From contig JYFJ02001450.1 in the NCBI GenBank assembly GCA_000934665.2, positions 1 through 64,000 of the forward strand: a stretch of DNA of 64,000 bases. Reading direction: 5' to 3'. Positions 53,531 through 64,000 of the stretch are shown here, in pieces. Source of the DNA: Catajapyx aquilonaris. Lineage: Eukaryota. The notes beneath the pieces are model-generated. The model was given only the letters and a program-made list of their open reading frames with translations. It had not been told where the DNA came from and did not search any database. Each line of letters begins with the position of its first letter. The stretch's first letter is position 1. The position numbers were made by a program, and so were the translations under genes.

Positions 53531-55336
53531 TCACCTCCGAGCTTCAGGTTGTCCACCGCCCAAATGTCCGAACAATCTCTCGCCAGCCTCAGCCTGTCGA
53601 ATCGGGACATATCAGTGAGTTATTTCTATTGTAAAGGTCCTAACCACAAAAACCGCGATTTTCCTGCAACTTCTCCAGAAAAAGATATGCGATTAAGCTC
53701 AGAGTTTAAATTTTTTTGTGACTACTTCACCACATTTTCAATAGTGTAATATTTTGTGTATTTTGACTCATACCAGAGCTTCCTCTGGTGGGTAAGGTGG
53801 CATCTCCATCCTCTTGCCGAACCTGCAAGTACACAAAGAAGTGTCCTGGTCATGCACCGCTTATTGACAAAAACCCAAAGTCAGACCCTGCCTCTATTTT
53901 TGGGCCCTGTCCCAGTTAGTGGAACGTCTGACCTCAAAACATTATAAAAAAATGCGATCCCCTTTCGCGTGAAGTTCTGCATTCACTGCTCATCCCTCAC
54001 ATTCATTATGTGTCACTCTCCTTTTTCTTTTGTGGTTGTTAAGACAGGTGCAAAGGTGGGGTTCTTTTTGGAAAGGGTGTTGGCTATACATTGTTGTCCG
54101 GTTAGGACTCACCGTGGCCGCAACCGCTGCGAGTAGATTCGGTCCAGTTCTTGGAGCCTGAGCATTCGGAGAGCGTTGGTGAAAGTTTCTATGGAGATTC
54201 CGGGCGCACTACGGGGGCTGCCTGGCAAAGAAAGATTCGAGTGCAGGAGGCAGGATGTAAGGGGGGTGATCTGATTTTAAGACAAAAGGGGGGGTTCCGG
54301 GGGGAGTTTGTGGGGGGGGGGGCACCTTTGATGGGTCAGTGGCATTTAATTCGTGACTGGAGAACTTCACGCGAATAACCCACAATTTGTTGGCAAACTA
54401 CCTATCAAATATCCGCAACTCAATATATAGTCTAATCTAAACAGAGTAGGGCTATAAACTAATTGCTATGGGGAATATAGGGGCCAACATGATTCGTTCA
54501 ACAGGTAGTACAGTGTGTCTAAAAAAAGGCAAATGTATCCTGGAGGTATGCAACCATTGAAACGGCGGTCACAAAGCACCAGAATATATTTTTGACTAAC
54601 GCTTTTTTAAACAATACTTGGATACAGCCTTTGATTATTATACAGGTGCAAAAAAATTCGCGTGCATTTTCCTGGGCAGGTAAAGGCTGATTCATACAGC
54701 CGCTTCTTTTTCCAAACGTGCTCTAAAAGCTCCAATGAATGAGCTTCTAATGCTCGCTTGTGCAAAAATAAATGGCCAGACCCTCAGAAAACCACAAATT
54801 TGCCAACGAGTACCTGAACACCATAAAAAGAAATTGGTTGCTTTTTCTCGATTTTTTTTACTCCGGAAGTTTTAAAAAACGCGTGTGCGTTTTTTTCTAC
54901 CAATACAAAAGCTGCAGTGTGAATACGTCTACAGCTTGACACTATTACCACATCAGACTCTTATTAGGGAAGGTGCAAGGGCTACCTAAAAAGCTCCGAA
55001 CCTTGGCCTACCTGCTAATGCCACTATGCCAAATAAAGTTTCGGACAATCGTATCCCGGCACTCCGCAACCATCAGCGCCAGAATAACGTTTGCCCGAAA
55101 TTTTCTTTGACATCCATGCGAACAGGCCCACTAGACTACGACAATGAGGGGTCAATATCGTGGTGTCACCTGGGTCGAGCCACCTGCGAGTAGTACTTGT
55201 CGAGTTCTTTCAGCTGCTTGTAAGCGTCGGCGTAGGCAGCCAGCTGACCCGGGTCAGGCAGGGCCACGGCCATGTTGACCTGCTGAGCCAGAGACAAGGC
55301 GACGACCAGGACTAGGAGGAACCAGCAGCGGGCCAT
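53531..55336 (-). CDS. NPF: Neuropeptide F (NPF1) precursor; short isoform 92 aa, long isoform 127 aa
   Basis: Exons (minus strand) 55336-55170, optional 54217-54113, 53822-53774, 53593-53531. Translation: MARCWFLLVLVVALSLAQQVNMAVA-LPDPGQLAAYADAYKQLKELDKYYSQVARPR|FGKR-MEMPPYPPEEAL|AEAGERLFGHLGGGQPEARR*. It has a signal peptide, the RPRF-GKR amidation/cleavage site, and the phase-2 intron in the second Arg codon characteristic of NPY/NPF genes. Confidence 0.96.
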
Positions 55337-55399
55337 TGTTGTCAGCCGGTGGTGGTAGGCTTAGGAGGAAGGAGATTTCTTCCAGCACCGAACCTGGTT

Positions 55400-55510
55400 G
55401 TAACTTTGGGGCCCGGTGACCGCCGGCCAGGTCTTAAAAAGGCCTGGGTGTCGGCCAATGACGGTGGAAAGGGCTTGCGTCAAGGCGCCGCGGCCAATCG
55501 ACGCCAGCCG
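55400..55510 (-). promoter_or_regulatory. Candidate NPF proximal promoter
   Basis: GC-rich patch just upstream of the NPF ATG. It contains a CRE-like TGACGCAA (~55476-55483), two CCAAT motifs and a TATA-like TTTTTAAG (~55433-55440). A splice acceptor near 55393 is an alternative reading. Confidence 0.3.
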
Positions 55511-58500
55511 TCGGTTGGGTCAGGCCACACCCCGGGACCTTCCTGCACCCGCGCTCCTCTCACTTGTCCATCACCACTCTTCTTTTATCTACTTATTGTC
55601 ACCACACTTGCTAATCATCTTCAAGTATGCTTGGTCTATGTACACAACATTTCAGTCGATTTTAGACCGTTACGTGGGAAACTCATGTCATAAACATATT
55701 CTGCATAGAAATTGTTTCCAGTTTTAATTAGGAAATAATTACGTGTTTAAATAAGTATCCTCTTCTCAGGACGAAAGAAAAAGCACAATATCGCACTTAC
55801 CTAAGTAGAAACTTAGAGTACACTGTGAGCTATATTGATTCATCTTGTGTGCATGGCTTCGGTTCATGCTTCCTGTCTTATTCCGCTTTTTTTATTGTTA
55901 TTTCTCCGCCCACTCCCCTCCCTCCCCTGCCTTCCTTCCTGTCCCGAACAGGCAGAATTATTTCAGGATGGCAATACTAAGCTGCACCCGCCTTTCTGTT
56001 CAAACACCCTTCCTCGGGGAGTCGATTTTTAGATAGATGAAAATTCAATTTGCATAACTCTTTTGGAAGATAGACGCTTCTCTGTGCCTGTACATTGATG
56101 CAAGTTGAGTAAGTGGCCCAGGGGCCAGGATCCTCGTTCATTGGGGTGTATTTTGCAATGTAGAGTCAAACATAAAAGATGAATAAATTTGAAGCGAGAG
56201 TCGTGGCTGAGGTGTTAATTTCGCTTTAGGCCTTTCTTTCAGTATCCGTATGCATTTTCATCGACAGTGCAGGTAGCTCATTTTGTTACGTTATTTTATT
56301 ATTATTTTATTCCATTTTATTACAGGTTGGTGCATTTGGCAACAATGTAGGCGGATGGAAACGTGTTTACCCAATGCTTGTTGCGTCTCTTTGCTGTGCT
56401 AACACTACCTGTGGACTTGGAAGCAACATAATGATTCAGACAAACTTAGGGTGAACTGATGGGAACTGTGGAGTCACTTTATAAAGGCGTTCGCAGCCTA
56501 ATTACTGAAGTAATTAGCATTAGTCAGTACATAATCTAGTATGTGGTGGGCTCTACAACATATACTATCGCAATGACGACTGTTTGCAACAAGCAGAGGT
56601 CTAATATGAAAATGGCAAGCTCGACCAGAGGGACCTTTTATGCCCAATTTTTTGAGCAGCGATTTTGTACATGGCCACAGTAGTTGACCACAGAGGTTTG
56701 TCCGAACTGACCCACTCTGTATTGTAGATATAGTGTGGCACGTCGCAGTTTCTGATAGGAGTCAACACCAGCAGTCCCTGCTCATCCCGTGTGCGTGGTT
56801 GGCACAACGAGGTATGAACGCATAGTCCCTGGCGGCTGTGTGCCGATGGTTCGTTTCCACCAAAAAGCCCATTGATTTCGCAGAATTCAAAGACGAAGCG
56901 CAGAGGCGTTGTGTCCACTTGACAGCTCATGTCCCCGGGGGTTCATATGCGTATATGGAACTCGAATTTAATTTCCCAAGTTGAACCAATCGCACAGTGT
57001 AGATATTTGCTCATTTCCACGCGTATTAATTTTAGACTGTGGTTGAAATTATTAATAATGGAGGCGCACGATTCATGTGCAAATCTGCAGGTTTTGGTTC
57101 ATGAAGCTGAAGGTCGTCTTATGTTGCATTATGTGAAAATCGGCGTCGTCTTGTGGGCGACTTGCTGCGTCACTGTCACCGGATCGGGACAAAAGGTTCG
57201 AGGAAGCAGCATCTGCCGCCCTTTTCCACCTTCATCTGCCTCTTGACAAAGGCTCATTAGGTGCTAATGACGGGTCGCATCGTCCTAACCCAATTGCTCC
57301 CATTAGGATTCAATATAGGTGCCCCGGTTCGGAGCTCATTTTTGCGACTCTCATCAGCTAAAACCAAAGTTCAGCCCATTAAGTCTCTCAAAAAATCCAG
57401 CATAAATAAATGCACTTTGTCCATGATGTACCCCCAGTAGATGACGCCTTTCAATTTTAGCACCGTTGTAAATTACCTCACCTGGAATCCTGGTTTTACG
57501 AGTAATTGCACCTCTCCGGGAGGTGCTTCAAATCGAATGCGGAATGCTCCGTGCCACTGTACGATTCGTTAACTCGACGAAAATTATGCATTGTCCTAGG
57601 CTATATATACTAGCAGGACTGTATATAGGACAATGAAAACGCCTCCTTACGTTATAATCAGTTATTCAGAAAATCTAATTAAATGATTCGTCTTTGCTCG
57701 CGGATTCAAGCCGGAAAAGACGCCTGGAGATGTGTTATCTAAGGAGTGACTGATGCGGCACAAATCGATGTACAATAGTACATAATTACGTATGTACGTT
57801 GTTCTCGAAGTTATAAAGGGAATTAATCATGCTCTGCTCAAAGGGAAGTCAACGTACTGTAAAAACTACGCTTTAAGAAGAGGGGGTTTCCAGACTTTTT
57901 GCTGCATTGGTGGTTATAAGTCGAGAGAAGAATTACTGACCAGTACATAAACAAGACGCATGAGTGCCTTTTCCTTTTTTATTCCTTTTTTTTACCTCGG
58001 CGTTATTAGCGGATATGATGATGAAAATACATCATGCTTATGAGGCAGTATATTTTATGTTGCAGTGAATATTATCCCACTATTGCGCCCTTGCAGTTGT
58101 GGTGACTCATCGTCAGTCCATACCTTGTGTCACGGTGTTTTTGGCTGACAAATTTCAACCCACATTGTCATATTACTATCACTTTCGGTTAACCCCTCCT
58201 CAACCCACGTCCATCCACGCCGTGACGAAGTGCTGGGGACATCCTACGCTTATGATGTCAAAACGAGCAACTTGGTAGTTTCCCTATAAATTCTATGTAA
58301 TCCGCAAAATTTGCATCACCTTGTATACGAAACGTTGCATAAGCATATTTATTTATAGTACAACAAAACATATTGCCCCCTTTTACGTGTACACATGCAG
58401 TCAGCACTAACAGCGATTAATTTACTCGTCCAATTAGTATTACTGAATACTGTGATTTTTTTCCTTGTGTATACAACTGCACACATTACAGCACATACAA

Positions 58501-60479
58501 GCCCAGGAAGGAAATATTGTGTCGTTTTATTTTCGACCTGTTGCTTCTCTCTTCGATCCGTGTCTGCTTCCCTGCAAAACTTTACGGACCGAAAAGCCTA
58601 TAAAAGCAAGTCACTTTGTGGCAAATGGCTCTCACAAGTTTACAACTCTCTTCTACATAAAAGCGACAAATCCTTCTTATTAAAAAAAATACGCATTAAA
58701 ATTGCGAAAGGATCATCTAAGGACATGTTCAGCAGACCGTAACACCATTAACAGGTTAACATTTGGATCAAAAATGTCAAGGGCATCCAGATTCGAAAAC
58801 AAAAGTTTAAAAAAAGTGCCTGGAAGTATTATCACCTGGGGAATCCCACCTAGGTAATTGCAAGCATGGCCCCTTAGGGGAAATTAAGGGGACTTTACTC
58901 CATCCAAGCTATTAGTTCCTCCGAGTCTGTTTAGGCTGAGGAGAAGTAGGTAGGAGGGGGGGGGAGAAAAAAATGAAGACAAACTCGAGCTCCTGAAAAC
59001 CCAAGTCCCACTTGTGTACAGTACGGAGGCCTAGCCGCCAATCGCCAAATGGAGCCTCGCAATCTAGGAAGTCTCTAATCGACTTTAGAGGCGCCATGGA
59101 AAAAGGAGTGGGATGGCAAATGCTTGATTGGCCTGATTTCGGTATCAGCACGAGGACTTCGGGGTTGTTTGAAAGCAAAAAAGGGATCGTGCCCTCAGCC
59201 CACAAAAGCGCTCTCTGCACCGTTATTTTGTCTGCACAACAGGGACTGACAGGTACTCCGATGAAAAAAGAACTCAACGGGAGATACTTTAATTTCGGGT
59301 CGATCAGGTGGATGGAGGAACATCTGTGAAGGCGGTCGGTTGGGTCATCCTGGATGTGCTTAGCAGGTGATATTGCCTCTGGTAGATTTATTGCCTAAGT
59401 GCAGAAGTTCACGTGTAAACCAATGAATTACTGAGGTTTTTACGAAAAGTGAAAAAGTGCAAACGTTGATGCGAATTTGCTCGATGAATTCCACTGATTA
59501 AATTGTTAATGAGTGTTAATTATAAAGGTTCCTATTTCCGAAATGCTTTCGTAAATTATTCGCATTTTTCACACCTCTGTGCTTTAATATTTTAGGTTAA
59601 CAGTGGTGTTGTCTGTTCAGCCGGAATGATTGATTTAGCTTAAACACATTTTCATCTTTGCTATACGGTATCCATGCCAATAATTTCTTTAATGCAAAAT
59701 AGATCTCATATGTGTTTTTACCTGTCTTACAAGTACTTGCTGACATTGTTTTTAAAGGGCTGAGTAGATAGAAAATTATGATGAAAATTGTATGGCTTGA
59801 GGATGAAGAAACTTATTGCATTTGTTGGGTTGGGGGCAAGGGTAAATGATTGGGAGAAAATGACTGCTTGAAGGTGAGAAAAGTTATTGCGTCGTGCACC
59901 GGCCGTAATAGCAATTAGGGAGCTACAAAAACGTTTCAAATTGCTGGGAATTAATAAGGACACCGATAATTACACGGGGCATCGCAAAACCTATGCAGGC
60001 TCGTAAAATACCTACCTCATGTGGCGTACGTTATTGATATTATTGCGAGTAACAGTGACAATAATATTGTTAGTAAAGGCCGTTACACGCTACGCAAAGA
60101 ACAATCTTTAGCGTTGACACAAAACGTATAGTACTGCGTATAGTTTTGTTCCCTGCTTAGGCAAAAAGGCTCTTTTGAAAGGAGGATCCCTTTCGACGCC
60201 TCTTCTCCTCATTACGTTCCCAATTGGTCATTTCGAGAGGCAATCCTCTCGTTCCTCCGGGGTCAAGTCTCTCCTTGGGGACATTCGAGGCGATATCAAA
60301 GGCTCAAATTACAAGGCAGAATAGTCTGAGCAAAACCAGTTGAGCAGGAGCCAGGACCAGGATGAAAGAATTACCCGCCTCATATTACACTAGCTATAGA
60401 GCATCATCGGTTTTTTGAATAACTTACAAGCTATAGCTGACGAGGACAACCCCGCTATCAAACTAGAAAGGTGCGCCGC

Positions 60480-60950
60480 GTTCCCACAAGGTCTCTGAAT
60501 ATTGGATTGCAAAAGTGACATAACCTATGGGTGGGTGTGGAGTGACTTATTCCTCAAACGTGCGTTGTTGCGTGTTCCAGGACAATTACATGGAACGACG
60601 CCCTCACGTCCTATAATAAAAGAGATGGAGGTGTTTCTTGAAGAATGCCCATCTTCGAATATACTTTCAGCTTGGGGTCCATTATGAGCAGCAAACATAA
60701 AGCCCTCACTTTCAGACTCGGCTATGGATTGGCAAAGGAATCCAAGCGTGACTTTTGGGGAGATCAAGCTCGATGTGGCGGAAGAAAACGGGATCAGTTT
60801 TATGATCTGAGGTCGGAAGGGCTTTATGTTGCATCTAGAGCTTTATGTTGTTGGCGGCTACTTGTTCATAGAGTGGAAGGGGGATTAAGATCAGGGAGAA
60901 GCGTTTTGTAGTGGGAGGATGGAAAGTGCAGTAGGAGATGGGTCTGGATG
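60480..60950 (-). mobile_element. Decayed fragment of an R4/Dong-like (RLE-type) non-LTR retrotransposon
   Basis: The minus strand, read across a frameshift, gives DLPKSHAWI / ESESEGFMFAAH / TRNN...SLH. This resembles the post-RT consensus D...S..WL...ETEGF..A.QD...RHN....IH of that clade. Confidence 0.5.
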
Positions 60951-63900
60951 ATCCCAAGGCTTGGAGGGAAGCACTGCACTGGCTTGGATAGTCTAATGTT
61001 GTGTCTAGAATAATCAGTTACACAGCTGGATGAGAGAACTTTATCAGTGCTACTTTAATGAGAAATTGTCTGCAAGGAGGAATGTATACAGTTCAAATCT
61101 TCAGAGATAAATTTAAAAATGAAGTGTGTAAAATACCAGGAAGTACTGGACACAAATAGATTTTCTGAGAAAAGAAGCAACGTCCACAGTTACATTCTAA
61201 ATATTAAGGCACGTACGTTTGAGAAGCAATGACTTGAAACCTTTTAAAATCAGCAAAAAAAACATGTTGAGAGAGAGGAAATGATACCTGATACTTGTAT
61301 ACCAGGAAGCTATTATCATCTTATTTATTTGTTTACAGCAGTCTTTAATTATTATTTTACTGATTAGCATTTCTTTGTTTTTTCAGGAAGAGTGATTTGT
61401 CTGGCTGAGACATTTGTCGTATAACTGCGATAGGAGACTGGGGAAAAAAACTGACAAAATCAGTCAACTGGAAATGAATCAATATTGATCGTGACCATTT
61501 CTGCAGAACCACAACAGTTCTGTTGGCAAATATAATTTTTTGCCCTCGTGCTTAATCAAATAAAACGCTCATGCTGCTAAACTCCCACACTCTATCGCAA
61601 AGTATACTGTACAATATTGACCAATTGAAGGCGCATAGAGCAGTGTCTTGCATTACATTAATAATTACAATATTGATCACTGTTTCTATTGAGAATTTTG
61701 TATTACTCAATAGATGTCAGGATTTAAATAACCATTCAGAATGACTTGGCATGGCAATCCGTGTGCCATTTATTGCAAAGCACTTGACATGGTACTCTAT
61801 TATTCTTCCTAATTGTGAATCCTATAACCATACGGCATGTAGCAAGTTCAAAGTCTAATTCCTGACCCAGCATGTGAATGACTGAATCATAAAATATGCA
61901 TGCAGTTTATACGTGTAGCTTGGCTTACAGTAAGAGAAACTTTCCTAATTACGATTGGAATCTTATAGTTGAAATCGCCCACCTTCCTTTTTTGCGTTTC
62001 TTGAGCATAAGGCAAGTAACGATTTAAGCTGTGTACATTATTACCATGACAGGCACTTCTGTTTATGTTCCTAAACTCATGAACAATTCACATATTGCTT
62101 CCTTGGTGCTTAAAATGTTACCAGTTGCAGGGAACATTTTTTTTGCACCAAGTAAGTGCTGTCATTATATTATTTTAATATCATTACTACTCCCATAAGC
62201 TGCTTCAGAGCTTCACTGTAATGCACAAGGACAACCGTGTTTAAACAGCATTTAATAAAAGGCAAACCACCAGGAAGCACGACTCGTGGATGTAGTAGCA
62301 TTCTGACGTTTTTTTTTTACTGTAATGGTATACTCAGTGGCAAAGCAGTCAGTGCAAACTGATTTAGCTGAACAATTCACAAGTTATCACCCATATGACA
62401 GACCTGCGTAAGATGTCCAGTAGGCCTATAGTACGACCAAAATCTTTGTGTGCTTGGACCTTGCCAGTGAATAGATTGATATTGCTGTCCGAAAAGGTAG
62501 GAGAAACACTCGCAGTAATGACAACGACAAGTTCGTGCAACGAATTTCGACCAGATGCATGTGAAAGGATGAAAGCAAAAAAGACTTTCTCGTGCTGTTG
62601 TAATCACGTAGTCATCCCATATGACAAAGTGAGCTTCTGACTCGTGAAGGGGCTAACCCTGCATGACACTTCAGTCGGATGCAGCAGGCGGTGGTGTTCA
62701 AGTGCTGTAACATGATTCAAAATAAAGGTATTCACGTTCAGTATTCTCTCTGCATCAGACCGGATAATTATGAGAATGAGATACATTATTTGGGCCCTGA
62801 CTGGTTTAAAAAAAATGATTAGGCCTACCATAATGAGAAGCTTGCTTTCATTCAAAGTATATTATGCTGATGTGGTTCGCTATTAATTTCTAATGATGAG
62901 AGGGCAAGACCGATGTATAAAACATTACTCCCGGTTACAAAAAGGGATGATAAAATTTTTTGCGCATTCAATTTGAGTTCCTAGAATATATTACAACATT
63001 ATAGTGACTTAGGGTGAATTACAACCGTAGAGGATTTATCGTACCGCATACGTGCTGAAGCATTAAGGCATTATGAACTGTATTTAGTAAGATATATTAG
63101 GAGGGTATGTAAATGAGGATTTAGGCGTTTTTTGTAAGATAATAATCTTCTCGCCATATTGATTGCCAAAATTTAATTTGCCAAGTTTATCGCGGAAGGG
63201 CCTAGAGGTGGCATATCAATAAGAGTGTGTCTCAAATGACTGATGATCTGACTTTTTATTAGCACTGTTACCTAGTCCTAGCAATTAATAACTGCCGGAG
63301 CAAAAGGACCGCATTGTGTGCGACTGTGCAACGAATGTCGCCGTTTTGCAAATGATCCCAAGGGAGGAATAAATCACACGGCTTCATTCAACAGAACAGC
63401 GTTTAATGGTACTTCACCCGAGACAAGAAACAGTTGTAATACCCTCGTGTTAGACAATATAAAGCATCGCCGATCCTAAAACGCCAACAAGTGCTGTTGA
63501 TCCATGCCTGCCTTTAAATTGCCTAAACTTTTAGAGACTTTCTCCATTGATCGGCCAAGCTAAGCTCGTGTTGAAGAAGAGCTGCGAGGAGAAAAAGTAC
63601 ACGATATGAAAAAAAGTTCGTTTGATTCTGGCCTGGCATGCACCAAAGTGTGTATGCAATCGCCTACAACAATATGTTAAAAATTTGTGAACACTAACGC
63701 CGTATCGTTTTGTTAAAATAAATGTTCAAACTATTTTAAGCAATTCTTTGCATTGCGTGACTAAAGAGCTGGTAGCTGACTGAAATTAATCGAACCAAAA
63801 AAAGCATAGAATTTACAACTTATTCGACAGGAATAATTATTATTAATAACCTACTGAAAGTTTTAGAGTCTCTTTTAATGCAGCTGATTACTGTAATCAA

Positions 63901-64000
63901 GATTAATCAATGCAACATACAGTACGTATCAGGGAAAAAATACTTCCGCAAGGATTTTCGTCATTCAACTATTGAATTCAATTGCATCCGCCCATATGCG

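Noticed and set aside
56601..57246. 109-aa and 105-aa ORFs upstream of NPF
   Set aside because: No recognisable domain or consistent splice structure was found.
58880..59340. Possible minus-strand LINE 3' fragment
   Set aside because: The end resembles retroposon 3' UTRs, but no convincing protein motif or TSD was found.

Overview
This is eukaryotic, intron-rich DNA from a pancrustacean arthropod; the neuropeptide sequence resembles both decapod and insect NPF1. The window holds a head-to-tail tandem array of five ELOVL/GNS1-SUR4 very-long-chain fatty-acid elongase paralogues on the + strand. One is 5'-incomplete and four are complete 9-exon genes with intact reading frames and shared intron positions and phases. 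The array is followed tail-to-tail by a neuropeptide F (NPF1) precursor gene on the - strand. The ORF track misses this gene, which carries the in-frame optional exon giving long and short NPF. Intergenic and intronic DNA is dense in transposon remains: a decayed near-full-length APE-type LINE, other LINE fragments, a TSD-bounded tRNA-derived SINE, Helitron ends, many MITE/fold-back elements and several almost loopless palindromes. There are no prokaryotic features such as CRISPR arrays or operons. All gene models were spliced by eye from GT-AG signals and paralogue comparison; no database searches were run.
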